A DNA stretch of 64,000 bases from an uncultured bacterium (GTDB taxonomy: Bacteria; Acidobacteriota; HRBIN11; JAKEFK01). The notes beneath the pieces are model-generated. The model did not search any database. It saw only the letters and a program-made list of their open reading frames with translations, and was not told the origin of the DNA. The stretch lies in the NCBI GenBank assembly GCA_963777505.1, contig CAVZQN010000008.1:320001-384000 (forward strand), given 5' to 3'. Below are positions 1 to 9,614 of this stretch, one piece after another. Numbering within the stretch: the first letter of the stretch is position 1; the number at the start of each line of letters is the position of its first letter. A program made the translations under genes and the position numbers.

Positions 1-2
1 AG

Positions 3-212
3 CTTGGACAGGGTAAGAAGATTGATGAGATCACGCGGAATATGAGAATGGTTGCAGAAGGAGTGCGTACTTCACAAGGAATTTATAAGCTTGCTCGCAA
101 GCAGAATGTGAATATGCCGATTACCGAACAAGTGTACAAAGTTCTGTATGAAAATCATGATCCGCGAACGGCAATTCTCGAACTTATGTCCCGCGAACCC
201 AAAGAAGAATAA
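3..212 (+). CDS. gpsA: NAD(P)H-dependent glycerol-3-phosphate dehydrogenase, C-terminal part (5' truncated by window)
   Basis: Hand translation from base 3: LGQGKKIDEITRNMRMVAEGVRTSQGIYKLARKQNVNMPITEQVYKVLYE...LMSREPKEE*, the typical GpsA C-terminus (VAEGV, MPI, LMxR). Not in the ORF track. Confidence 0.9.
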   Translation, partial: LGQGKKIDEITRNMRMVAEGVRTSQGIYKLARKQNVNMPITEQVYKVLYENHDPRTAILELMSREPKEE

Positions 213-236
213 ACAGTGGTGCATTAAGGAGTATAG

Positions 237-1424
237 ATGAGCAATTCGCAACAATTTCCATTGCGTGAAATACAAGGAGCACTCGGTTCTGAAAAAGTTG
301 ATGGATGGCTTCTTTATGATTTTCGCGGCAGTAATGCGATAGCACGCAGCATCGCAAAAGTTGCTGATCTTATTACAACAAGGCGATGGTACTACTTCAT
401 TCCAACACAGGGAGACCCTGTTCGGATTGTTCATGCGATCGAAGCTACGAATCTGGATCATTTACCTGGGGAAAAAATTGTATTCCGATCCTGGGAGAAC
501 CTTCGGGCCGCACTTCCAGAAGCACTCAAAGGTATTAAAAAGATTGCAATGGAATACTCTCCTGAAAATGATATTCCATATATTTCGCTGGTCGATGCAG
601 GAACGATCGAATTAGTTCGATCCGCTGGAGTTGAAATTGTATCAAGCGGTGATCTCGTTCAAATGTTCGAAGCCCGATGGAGCGATGAGCAACGTGATTC
701 ACATTTTGAAGCTGCACGTCTTGTGGACTTAGTGAAGAATAAAGGGTTTGAATTTATTGGAGATAATCTTCGCGCGAACAAATCAATCGGAGAATACGAC
801 GTTCAACAATATATGTGGGACCTTTTTAAGAAAAATGACCTGATTGCCGATCATCCAATGATTGTTGCCGTAAATGCAAATGCATCAAATCCACACTATG
901 CACCCGATGAAAGTCATACTTCACCGATTAAAAAAGGAGATCTGGTTTTGATCGATATATGGGCGAAACAAAATAAATCAGGTTCAATCTATGGCGATAT
1001 TACCTGGATGGGATATGCAGGAAATGAGGTTCCTGCACGAATGAAGGAAGTTTTTGATATTGTAAAAGGCGCTCAACAAGCCTCTTTCAACTTGATCAAA
1101 TCCGATTTTAGCGAGGGAAAAACAACCTACGGATGGCAAGCTGATGATGCGGCGAGAAATCATATCGCGTCGCGCGGTTATGGAGAATATTATTTGCATA
1201 GAACTGGACACAACATTGGGCAGCAAGTACACGGAAATGGAGCAAACCTTGATAATCTTGAAACGCGAGACCGTCGAAAATTGATTACTGGGACAGGATT
1301 TTCAATTGAACCAGGAATTTATCTTCCTGAATTTGGGGTACGCAGCGAAATTGATGTTTACATCGGTGAAAATGGGCCGGTCATTACATCACCCCATCAA
1401 ACTGAAATTCTTACGCTTCTTTAG
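237..1424 (+). CDS. Xaa-Pro aminopeptidase, M24 family
   Basis: M24 metal-binding motifs: PHY, LIDIW, YGDITW, HRTGH, SIEPGIY, GVRSE. AAGGAG RBS upstream. Confidence 0.9.
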   Translation: MSNSQQFPLREIQGALGSEKVDGWLLYDFRGSNAIARSIAKVADLITTRRWYYFIPTQGDPVRIVHAIEATNLDHLPGEKIVFRSWENLRAALPEALKGIKKIAMEYSPENDIPYISLVDAGTIELVRSAGVEIVSSGDLVQMFEARWSDEQRDSHFEAARLVDLVKNKGFEFIGDNLRANKSIGEYDVQQYMWDLFKKNDLIADHPMIVAVNANASNPHYAPDESHTSPIKKGDLVLIDIWAKQNKSGSIYGDITWMGYAGNEVPARMKEVFDIVKGAQQASFNLIKSDFSEGKTTYGWQADDAARNHIASRGYGEYYLHRTGHNIGQQVHGNGANLDNLETRDRRKLITGTGFSIEPGIYLPEFGVRSEIDVYIGENGPVITSPHQTEILTLL

Positions 1425-1432
1425 ATTGCAAC

Positions 1433-2476
1433 ATGGGACCTGAATCAACTCTTACATGGATCATTTTCAATATTTTTGTGCTGATCATGCTGGCGATCGA
1501 TCTCTTTCTTCATCGAAGAGATCATACAGTCGGAATGAAGGAAGCGTTGGTATGGAGCGCAATCTGGACTGGCGTTGCCCTCGCGTTCAACGTTTTTGTG
1601 TATTACTGGTTAGGGAGTAAGGCGGCACTCGAATTCTTTACCGGTTATCTGATCGAGCGTTCACTGAGTGTCGATAATCTTTTTGTATTCTTGCTGGTCT
1701 TTTCATATTTTTCAGTTCCATCGCAATATCAGCGCAAGGTTTTGTTTTGGGGGATTTTTGGCGCGCTTGTCATGCGGGCACTTTTCATCGCCGCCGGTTT
1801 GACTTTAATTCAAAATTTCAAATGGATTATCTACGTCTTCGGAGCTTTCCTTGTTTACACAGGCATCAAGATGGCTACGCACGATGAAAAAGAGATCCAT
1901 CCCGAAAAAAATGTGGTGATCAGACTTTTCCGCAAATTCATGCCAGTAACCGGCAATTATGTGGACGGTAAATTTTTCGTTAGAGACAAAGGACGCCTTT
2001 TTGCGACTCCTCTCTTTATTGTATTGCTGGTTGTGGAAACAACTGATGTCGTTTTTGCAGTGGACTCAATTCCTGCAATCCTGGCAATTACGCTGGATCC
2101 TTTCATTGTATACAGCTCGAATGTTTTTGCGATCCTGGGGTTAAGAGCGCTCTATTTTGCCATCGCAGGATTGATTCAACTCTTTCACCATCTCAACTAT
2201 GGTTTGTCAGTCATACTCGTATTCGTAGGCGTTAAAATGCTGGTCTCTTCTTTCTTTCACATCCCATCACTCATCGCACTGGGTGTGATTGCCCTTATTC
2301 TGATCGTCTCAATCATTGCATCCATCATCTGGCCTAAGCCACCCGATAAATTGCAAGCCGAAATAGATGCTGCAAAACACACAATGGATTCGGATGATCT
2401 TCCATTGGTTAAGAAAGTTTTAGAGAAGGAAGAAGTTGCTGCAGTGTCAGATAAAGAAAAAATTCCGAAAGATTGA
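1433..2476 (+). CDS. TerC/Alx family membrane protein
   Basis: YLIERSLSVDNLFVF, ETTDVVFAVDSIPA and FAILGLRALYF TerC motifs; multiple TM segments. Confidence 0.93.
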   Translation: MGPESTLTWIIFNIFVLIMLAIDLFLHRRDHTVGMKEALVWSAIWTGVALAFNVFVYYWLGSKAALEFFTGYLIERSLSVDNLFVFLLVFSYFSVPSQYQRKVLFWGIFGALVMRALFIAAGLTLIQNFKWIIYVFGAFLVYTGIKMATHDEKEIHPEKNVVIRLFRKFMPVTGNYVDGKFFVRDKGRLFATPLFIVLLVVETTDVVFAVDSIPAILAITLDPFIVYSSNVFAILGLRALYFAIAGLIQLFHHLNYGLSVILVFVGVKMLVSSFFHIPSLIALGVIALILIVSIIASIIWPKPPDKLQAEIDAAKHTMDSDDLPLVKKVLEKEEVAAVSDKEKIPKD

Positions 2477-2477
2477 C

Positions 2478-3032
2478 TTAGGATCCTGCAGCTTTCATTC
2501 GAGAATTCGCTACAAGAAATAGCAGAAGAGCGATTGGTGTGAGAACCCCAACTTCAATCAAGATCGCGAGAACGTTATGCATGCTAAAGAGATCGGAAAA
2601 TTCCCCACGATGGATACTTAAGAAAACGTCAAACGGAGCAATGAAGTGCCGATCTGAAAATGGCCACATGAGAGGAATTCCATAAGGCCGGCTTCCATCC
2701 TCTGCAAAATAATCTAATAAAAGATGGCTCGTATAAGCGGCACCCAGAACTCCTGCTGTCCGTGCTGCATTCCGAAATTGTATGCTTTTCAGAATCACCC
2801 AGCACATAAGCGTAAAAGTAATTGCGAAGGGAATCGAGTGGCTGAAATAATGATGCCGCAAATATGGAGTTGTTGAAAAATACGCAACTACAAAATCGGC
2901 ATCTGCCAGAGTTCCGACAACGAAAGCGGTACCGATTGCGAGAGTCAATCTGCGTCCAGTCGAAATTATTGAAGGGTCAACGGCAAGCATCGCGGCAAAT
3001 GCGCCTATCGTGTGTCCAACGGGAGAAGGCAT
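2478..3032 (-). CDS. Membrane-bound metal-dependent hydrolase (YdjM-like)
   Basis: MPSPVGH start, ADAD, HHYFSHS, SHLLLD and GIPLMWPF motifs. Confidence 0.85.
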   Translation of the reverse strand: MPSPVGHTIGAFAAMLAVDPSIISTGRRLTLAIGTAFVVGTLADADFVVAYFSTTPYLRHHYFSHSIPFAITFTLMCWVILKSIQFRNAARTAGVLGAAYTSHLLLDYFAEDGSRPYGIPLMWPFSDRHFIAPFDVFLSIHRGEFSDLFSMHNVLAILIEVGVLTPIALLLFLVANSRMKAAGS

Positions 3033-3035
3033 TGA

Positions 3036-4682
3036 TTAAGACCTTAATTGTTGAAGAAATTCCTCGGCGGAAAGTGCATTCCCATTTAGAGCGCGTGAAA
3101 GTTCAACCAGTGGAGGAAGCCGGAAATTATGATTGCCGAAAAATAATTCACGCGGATGCCCTTCGGATACTACTTTACCAGCAGCAAGCAGAATCGCATG
3201 ATCGCAATAATCGCTAACCAGCTTTAACGCGTGTGTAACGATTAGAATTGTTGTGCCGCTTTGATTCAATTCACGCAATAAATTCATCAGAAACTTCTGT
3301 TGGCGATAATCAAGCCCTGTTGTAGGCTCATCCAGAATTAGAATGTCAGGACGGATGCTTAAGACAGAGGCCACGGCAACGCGCTGTCTTTCGCCTTTTG
3401 ACAATTGGAATGGATCATCTTCAACACGCTTTATAAGATCCATTGTTTCGATCGCGCTGTCGCTCGCTTGAGCAACTTCCTGTTCACTAAAACCGAACTG
3501 ACGAGGTCCAAACTCAATCTCGCGCCGCACAGTAGATTCAAAGATTTGATGATCCGGATTTTGAAATACGAGTCCCACTCGCCGCGAAAGTTCCTGACGA
3601 TTCCAAACGCGAACATCTTTTCCAAGAATGCGAACAGTTCCCTGCTGCGGCATCTGCAATCCATTTAGATGGCGTAACAGTGTCGACTTTCCACTTCCAT
3701 TTCTTCCTATAATTCCTGCAAATTCACCCTGGCGGATTTCCAGATTAATATTTTGAATCGCCTCATCTTGCTGTTCTTTGTATCTGAAACTCACACCTGT
3801 AATTTCAATCACAGGAGGATTTGTGCTTCGTTTCGGAACCGGTATTGGCTCAAGCCTATGTTGGGCAAATAATTTTGTGAGTTCCGGAACGGTTAATAAT
3901 GAGGGAGGTTGTTTCAGAGCTTTTTGCACCTGAATCGTCTCAATGGGCGCCAGTGAATTTTCTTCCATCAGTGTTGTGTTTGTCAGTAAATCTTGAGGCT
4001 TGCCTGATGCCTGGATCACGCCGTCACGAAGTAAGAAAAGTTGATCCGTTTTTTGAAATTGATCACTTTCATGATCAATGACGATTACTGTTTCAACCCA
4101 CTCCCGCAACCGTGGAACTGCCTGCAACACAAATTCACGGCTTTCAGGATCTAGGTCTGTCGTTGGTTCGTCAAGTACAAGAACTTTAGGACGGTACGCC
4201 ATCACTGAAGCGATTGCGAGTTTCTGTTTTTCACCACCTGAAAGGCTTAAAGGTTCACGATTCAGTAAATGGCTGATACCAAATTTTTCGGATAAATCAA
4301 TCATCCGCTGCCGCATTTCTTCGGGAGCAATTCCAAAATTTTCCAATCCAAACGAGAGCTCATGTCGTGAATCAGTTGAAAAAAGCTGCTGCTCAAAATC
4401 CTGAAACACCATCCCAATTTGTGGCGCTATAGAAGCAATTTTCTGCTTTTCAAGAATCTCACCTGCAATCCAACGTTTTCCTGAAAAAGGACCTTTGTAA
4501 AAAAGCGGAATAATGTTATTGAGAGTCCGTGCAAATGTGGATTTTCCGGCACCTGAAGGTCCTGCAATCACAACATACGAATGGTTTGGAACGGAAATTG
4601 AAAGACCCCGAAGAACTTCGGGGAGTCCTGCATCATATGCAAAGTGGAGATCTTCGCAGTGGACTGCTGAATCTTCGATCAT
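3036..4682 (-). CDS. ECF transporter ATPase with two fused ABC domains
   Basis: Two Walker A motifs (GPSGAGKS, GRNGSGKS), LSGGEKQ/LSKGERQ signatures, two LDEPTT motifs, ECF-type VFQNPDHQ. Confidence 0.9.
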   Translation of the reverse strand: MIEDSAVHCEDLHFAYDAGLPEVLRGLSISVPNHSYVVIAGPSGAGKSTFARTLNNIIPLFYKGPFSGKRWIAGEILEKQKIASIAPQIGMVFQDFEQQLFSTDSRHELSFGLENFGIAPEEMRQRMIDLSEKFGISHLLNREPLSLSGGEKQKLAIASVMAYRPKVLVLDEPTTDLDPESREFVLQAVPRLREWVETVIVIDHESDQFQKTDQLFLLRDGVIQASGKPQDLLTNTTLMEENSLAPIETIQVQKALKQPPSLLTVPELTKLFAQHRLEPIPVPKRSTNPPVIEITGVSFRYKEQQDEAIQNINLEIRQGEFAGIIGRNGSGKSTLLRHLNGLQMPQQGTVRILGKDVRVWNRQELSRRVGLVFQNPDHQIFESTVRREIEFGPRQFGFSEQEVAQASDSAIETMDLIKRVEDDPFQLSKGERQRVAVASVLSIRPDILILDEPTTGLDYRQQKFLMNLLRELNQSGTTILIVTHALKLVSDYCDHAILLAAGKVVSEGHPRELFFGNHNFRLPPLVELSRALNGNALSAEEFLQQLRS

Positions 4683-5428
4683 TACAAAAGTATTAGCGAA
4701 GCAAGGATAATGAGCAACACTGCAATCGGTTCAAACAATTTTGATCCCGCAATGCCTCCGGCAAAACCTGGAAACATGATGCAGGCATACACTAAACCAA
4801 TTAAGACAAGCAAAAGGATCGATCCGATAATTCCAAATAAAGGCTTTGAAATTTGATCAGGTTCCAGTAACTGTTCGTAATTCAACTTCATTTGGCGGAT
4901 CCGTTTATCGAGTCGCCGGATCAATAAAGAAGCGAGAACCAACGACCAGAATGTGTTGTTGATTACTATAGTGTGTTCCACAAGATCGAATGGATATAAC
5001 CCTAGAAAATCAATACCAGATGCGACGATTGTTGCGCAGGCGGCACTCGCCACAAAAGAAGCAAAAATAAATATCGGAAACTTTTTTGCAGTGATGATAT
5101 CGCTGGAACTTGCACCAAAGCTGCGAATGATTCTGTAAGGGATATAACCATAAAGGAAATTTCCCGGCATTCCAAATAGACTTCCGGGTCCGATAGTTCC
5201 TCCAATTACATCACCAATGACATTTCCAAAGGCGCTTCCCCATGCAGCAACAGGACCAAAAAAAACACTGAACACAATTGGGATACACGCACCGGGACGT
5301 ATCTCAGTGATTCCAGGAATCACGGTAAGAAATTTAAACGAAGCTGACGTAACGGAATATAAAGCAGCACACAATCCGATCAAAACGATCATTCGTGTAC
5401 TTTGCCAGCAGCTCAGGAGTTCGCGCAT
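4682..5428 (-). CDS. ECF S component, QueT-like
   Basis: EIRPGACIPIVFSVFFGPVAAWGSAFGNVIGD pattern; hydrophobic; 1-nt overlap with the ECF ATPase gene. Confidence 0.7.
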   Translation of the reverse strand: MRELLSCWQSTRMIVLIGLCAALYSVTSASFKFLTVIPGITEIRPGACIPIVFSVFFGPVAAWGSAFGNVIGDVIGGTIGPGSLFGMPGNFLYGYIPYRIIRSFGASSSDIITAKKFPIFIFASFVASAACATIVASGIDFLGLYPFDLVEHTIVINNTFWSLVLASLLIRRLDKRIRQMKLNYEQLLEPDQISKPLFGIIGSILLLVLIGLVYACIMFPGFAGGIAGSKLFEPIAVLLIILASLILL

Positions 5429-5469
5429 GAATTAATTTAGGAATTGAATGTGACGAAAAGGGGAGACGA

Positions 5470-6819
5470 TCACATTCCTAACAGTATTGGATCGCCGTTC
5501 GCTAGAGTTCGTACGAGTTCTTCGTAAAAATAATTTGTTGTTGAATGAATGTGTTCAGGAACTCTTTCTAAATACATCCTGCGGCTTCTTTCAATATCGT
5601 CTTTCAAGCGATCATATAAATCTCTATTCTCGCGCCCGGCAGAAACCTGGGCTTCATTATAGAGCTTGATTTCACTTACAAGAAGACGCGCGAACCGCTT
5701 AGCATCCTCATGTAACTTCTGATCTTCCGTTGAAACTGCTGGAATCATGAGAGGACTCGGCATGATTACAGTTGAACTTGATTCGGATGCCGTATCACGG
5801 TATGGATGTGTCAGCTGCAATGTTGGTGCAGCGTGTGATTCTGTTTCAGTTTCAGTCGTGTCCGAAAGATTCGATTCCTGAACGGGTTCTGGCGCTGAAG
5901 CAACAACGGCCGGAGGTGGCTCTGGTTCATCCATTGAAGCTGGTGCGGATTGTTGCTTCGGTGCAACTTTGGGTCGAACCGGTAAAAGATCGACTGTCAT
6001 ACCGGCTGACTTACATGCAAGCGTTAAAAGATTCGGAAGATCTGGCCTTTCGGACAAATCTTCATTGAGATCGGTATACAAAATTCCAGCGATCTTGCCG
6101 CGAACAATAATTGGAAATGCAAGCGCAGTCTTTGGAAAATCCCCGCCAAGTTGAAGATAGAGTTGCGAATTATCAGAATATTGTTCAGTATGGCCAAAGG
6201 CAGCTGCACCTGTTTGTACGGCTTCACGCAAAACATGATTCTGCGCAAGACCGATCGAAATCTGGCGGATTTTGTTAGCATCAAAATCAGCACCCAATCC
6301 AAATGCGGCCCACCCCGTTGCATTTTCACCTTTCACAACAAACAAAACTGCACGTGTAACCCAATCTGAAATGTGCTTCAAAAGCATATTGAGCACTTCA
6401 GACTGAGTGCCCGCAGTTTCCATCTTTTCAATCAGACGGCAAAGTGAATTCAAATCTGTATTTGCTTTTTTCGGCGGGGCCGGCAAATTCGAAACAATAT
6501 CCGAAATTAAAATTTCAAGCTGCTGTTGGAATGGCGAAATGTCAGAATGATACCAGGAGGTGATGTATTGATCGACCGCACTCGTAACCTGACCTCTCAT
6601 CCTGTCCTGGACTGAATTTAATTCCGCCTCAAGTGTTTCCCTTAAACGAGCTAATTCTTGTTGCACTTTTCCGCGCAAATCATCATCAATCGCAGAAAAT
6701 GAAGGCGAAAAGTTGGCCTTCAAACTCTCAGATTGCTGCTTAACCTCTTCTAGCTTTTGAATAATGAGGTTCCGATAGTCTTCAGATAATCGTTCTTTCA
6801 AGTACTCTGGAAAGCTCAT
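5470..6819 (-). CDS. Coiled-coil + GAF domain protein with low-complexity linker and conserved C-terminal helical module (RFARLLVSEIKLYNE)
   Basis: N-terminal heptad-rich region, GAF end motif AFPIIVRGKIAGILYTD, P/E/S/T-rich linker, AAGGAGG RBS. Confidence 0.7.
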   Translation of the reverse strand: MSFPEYLKERLSEDYRNLIIQKLEEVKQQSESLKANFSPSFSAIDDDLRGKVQQELARLRETLEAELNSVQDRMRGQVTSAVDQYITSWYHSDISPFQQQLEILISDIVSNLPAPPKKANTDLNSLCRLIEKMETAGTQSEVLNMLLKHISDWVTRAVLFVVKGENATGWAAFGLGADFDANKIRQISIGLAQNHVLREAVQTGAAAFGHTEQYSDNSQLYLQLGGDFPKTALAFPIIVRGKIAGILYTDLNEDLSERPDLPNLLTLACKSAGMTVDLLPVRPKVAPKQQSAPASMDEPEPPPAVVASAPEPVQESNLSDTTETETESHAAPTLQLTHPYRDTASESSSTVIMPSPLMIPAVSTEDQKLHEDAKRFARLLVSEIKLYNEAQVSAGRENRDLYDRLKDDIERSRRMYLERVPEHIHSTTNYFYEELVRTLANGDPILLGM

Positions 6820-6919
6820 CAGACCTCCTTCAGTTTGATGGCAACTCTTCGCAACTTATTAGGCACAAACGAAAAAAGGCACAACCTACCCTCACCGGGT
6901 GATCGGCTATTGAAAACTC

Positions 6920-6948
6920 ATTATCCCGAATCAAATTTTCTTTGTCAA
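6920..6948 (-). promoter_or_regulatory. sigma70-type promoter for the GAF/ECF genes
   Basis: Minus strand reads TTGACA-N17-GATAAT. Confidence 0.7.
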
Positions 6949-6982
6949 TCGCCGTGAAAAATCACCTAAACCCTGATTTGGC

Positions 6983-7011
6983 TTGAACTTTGGGGCCATC
7001 ATCGTTATACT
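6983..7011 (+). promoter_or_regulatory. sigma70-type promoter upstream of ssrA (divergent from the above)
   Basis: TTGAAC-N17-TATACT about 85 nt before the tmRNA 5' end. Confidence 0.55.
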
Positions 7012-7094
7012 CATGAGGTACCATTTTGAGAACAGTTTTGTGCTTCCCACACTCAATATTGAAAGCAGAGATTGTACTGCTAAGACAAAGTTAT

Positions 7095-7444
7095 GGGGGC
7101 GAAACGGGCTCGACGGATGTTGAGAAGCATTGGCTGCGTACCGAGTTGGTCACACACTCGTTAAAGAAGTGGCAATAACACAACTGCAAATAACAACTTT
7201 GCACTGGCTGCTTAATTAAGTAGTCACGCTTCCTTAGTTTTTTCCTGCGGGATTAAGGCAGCGCCATTTAGCAGGATCGCGAGGTAACCTTGTTCCCGGT
7301 TATCTTGTTAAACTTTGGGGACTGGCCTGTTGGGATGCCTGCCTGTTGGCGGAACAACGGCGAGACTCAATAAACATGGCTATGTACGTAGATGTCAATG
7401 TGGAAAACTTTCGGACGCGGGTTCGACTCCCGCCGCCTCCACCA
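7095..7444 (+). ncRNA. ssrA: tmRNA; tag peptide (A)ANNNFALAA at 7186-7215
   Basis: 5' GGGGGCG pairs with 3' CGCCTCC-ACCA with a G3.U wobble; T-loop GGTTCGACTCC; encoded CCA; internal gca aat aac aac ttt gca ctg gct gct taa. Confidence 0.97.
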
Positions 7445-7447
7445 TAA

Positions 7448-8947
7448 CTTTCCTATTTTTTACACAATCCTACTCTGCCTGTTTTCTCTCTCGCTGCTGA
7501 TGCACAAGATGCAAAAATTACAATATTCGAAGGCGCTCAAAAAACTTTAGTACCACTTCAAAATATCGAAGGTTCACCGTATATCCGATTATCTGATTTC
7601 TATCAGCCCTTTGGGCTCGCTGTAAATCCTATTGCGGCCAATCAAAGCCTTTCAGTAACTGCAGGCGAACACAACATTATTCTTTCAGCAAATCGTGCTC
7701 TTGTTTCTCTTGATGGAAAACTGATTTCATTGAATCAGGCAGTTTACGTTGTACAGGGCGAGTGGTTTGTACCTCTCGATTTCATCTCTAAGGTAATCAA
7801 AAGCATCAGCGAAAAACGTGTACTATGGCTTGAAAGCAGCCGCTCTTTGATTCTAGGAGACGTTCTACCGAATCAAGTCATTTTGAAGTATTCGCTTGAA
7901 CAGGATTATTCACGAATTGTTTTGCAATCCGTGCGTCCCGTTGGCTACAAGTTAACATTTCAAAATCGCATGCTGACAATTACGCCTGAAAGTGATGATT
8001 TTGTTCCCGGTTTTCAGAATACTGACTTCGGCGATGGTGTACTGAAGAAACTTACAGTTTCCGGAAAAACAATCCAGTTAGAAGTAGATCAGGGTTATGG
8101 ATCTTACAAATCCTTTGAACTCGGTGAGCCGGCCCGGCTCGTTGTCGATTTCTTTAAAAAGGCTCCCGGTGAACCTGAACAAATTGAGACTGTCCCATCG
8201 AAACCTATCGAAACGCCCACACTTCTTCCATCTACAACAACTGAAAAACATGTCATCGTTCTTGATCCCGGTCATGGTGGTGAAGAAACTGGTGCTGTAG
8301 GTCCGAACGGAACCAATGAAAAAGATGTAGTTCTTGGAATTGCCCGCAAATTGAAATCGATCCTGGAGAATTCTGGTATACGCGTAATCCTGACAAGGGA
8401 TGGCGATCAACACATTACACTCGATGATCGAACGGCACTTGCGAACAACAACAAAGCAAATCTTTTTATAAGCATTCATGCAAACGCAACCTTACGAGGT
8501 TATGGAAAAGGAGCGGAAACATATTTTTTGTCCGCAAAGGCAACCGATGATGAAGCTAGAAATGTCGCCGCCGTAGAAAATAACGCTTTGGGCCTTGATC
8601 AAAATGTCTCCGGCGTTGGCGATGATCTGAAATTGATTCTATGGGATATGGCCCAAACAGAGTACCTTGCTGAAAGCAGTCAGCTTGCTGAATTGATTCA
8701 AAAAGAAATGAACGAAACGCTCGGTATCGCAAATCGCGGGATCAAACAAGCACCCTTCAGAGTATTAATGGGAGCTACGATGCCAGCTGTATTGGTGGAA
8801 ATTGGGTTTATCAATAACCCGGCAGAGGAGAAGATGATGCGAGAGAGCGAATATCAAATGAAAATTGCGCGTGCAATTTTCCGAAGCATAGAATCATTCA
8901 AGCAGACTCAAAATAGCCAGCCCGTGGCACTTCAATCGGGCAGATAG
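7448..8947 (+). CDS. N-acetylmuramoyl-L-alanine amidase (Amidase_3, AMIN-like region upstream); start unresolved
   Basis: IVLDPGHGG, EKDVVL, FISIHAN and MPAVLVEIGF motifs. The frame is open from 7448, well upstream of the tracked TTG at 7730, and reads as real protein there. Confidence 0.85.
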   Translation, partial: LSYFLHNPTLPVFSLAADAQDAKITIFEGAQKTLVPLQNIEGSPYIRLSDFYQPFGLAVNPIAANQSLSVTAGEHNIILSANRALVSLDGKLISLNQAVYVVQGEWFVPLDFISKVIKSISEKRVLWLESSRSLILGDVLPNQVILKYSLEQDYSRIVLQSVRPVGYKLTFQNRMLTITPESDDFVPGFQNTDFGDGVLKKLTVSGKTIQLEVDQGYGSYKSFELGEPARLVVDFFKKAPGEPEQIETVPSKPIETPTLLPSTTTEKHVIVLDPGHGGEETGAVGPNGTNEKDVVLGIARKLKSILENSGIRVILTRDGDQHITLDDRTALANNNKANLFISIHANATLRGYGKGAETYFLSAKATDDEARNVAAVENNALGLDQNVSGVGDDLKLILWDMAQTEYLAESSQLAELIQKEMNETLGIANRGIKQAPFRVLMGATMPAVLVEIGFINNPAEEKMMRESEYQMKIARAIFRSIESFKQTQNSQPVALQSGR

Positions 8948-8964
8948 CATCTTTAATACCTCCC

Positions 8965-9570
8965 ATGAATAGACCAATCGTAATAGGAATTCTATTATTC
9001 GCCATTGTCTTCGGAGGTCTTTTCTATTTTCTGAAGAAGAGGCCCGCTGAACAAAAGAAACCAATTCCAAAATCCACCTCCACATCTGAAACGAAGAAAC
9101 CGCCCGAACAGCCCAAAAATCAGCGCCGAATCAATGTAAAACTTTTCTTTGGCACCGCGGGTTCAGGAATGCTTCAATCTGAAGATCGATTCGTGCCCTA
9201 TCATGCAACACTCCATGATCAAGCATTTGAAGTTTTAAAAGAATTGATGCTCGGCCCAGAAAGTGATCTTGTGAAAACCGTTCCTGATGGAACAGAAGCG
9301 CGCGACCTTTTTATTACTAAAGAAGGTGTTGCCTATGCAGATTTTTCGGGAGACTTATCTGCGAAACATCAAGGCGGATCCCTGGCAGAAATGAATACGG
9401 TCTTTTCCATCGTTAACTCTTTAACCCTGAACTTTCCTGAAATTAAACGTGTGCAAATATTGATTGAAGATCGTGCAGTGGAAACGTTGAATGGACATAT
9501 GGATTTAAGCAGACCACTTCGTCCGGACCCAACCCTGGTTGCTTTAGCACCACGTCAACAGAAAAATTAA
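8965..9570 (+). CDS. GerMN domain membrane protein
   Basis: N-terminal TM; ELMLGP, AYADFS, SIVNSLT and VQILIE...GHMDLSRP GerMN pattern; next to amidase and rph. Confidence 0.85.
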   Translation: MNRPIVIGILLFAIVFGGLFYFLKKRPAEQKKPIPKSTSTSETKKPPEQPKNQRRINVKLFFGTAGSGMLQSEDRFVPYHATLHDQAFEVLKELMLGPESDLVKTVPDGTEARDLFITKEGVAYADFSGDLSAKHQGGSLAEMNTVFSIVNSLTLNFPEIKRVQILIEDRAVETLNGHMDLSRPLRPDPTLVALAPRQQKN

Positions 9571-9614
9571 CTCTCCTTTGCGTCTCACGAGATATAAGCT
9601 ATATTCAAATTCAT

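Noticed and set aside
1424-1433. yybP-ykoY Mn riboswitch before the TerC/Alx gene
   Set aside because: The intergenic gap is only 8 nt.
5429-5469. preQ1 riboswitch before the QueT-like gene
   Set aside because: The 41-nt gap shows no preQ1 stem or A-rich tail pattern.
6872-6910. Hairpin plus U-tract in the GAF gene leader (attenuator or riboswitch)
   Set aside because: The stem is weak and G.U-rich and matches no aptamer I recognise.
7095-7500. ssrA as the integration site of a prophage or island
   Set aside because: No integrase and no duplicated ssrA 3' end was seen; the downstream genes are housekeeping.
7315-7500. 61-aa ORF in the ORF track
   Set aside because: It lies across the tmRNA structure, has no RBS and shows no recognisable protein features.
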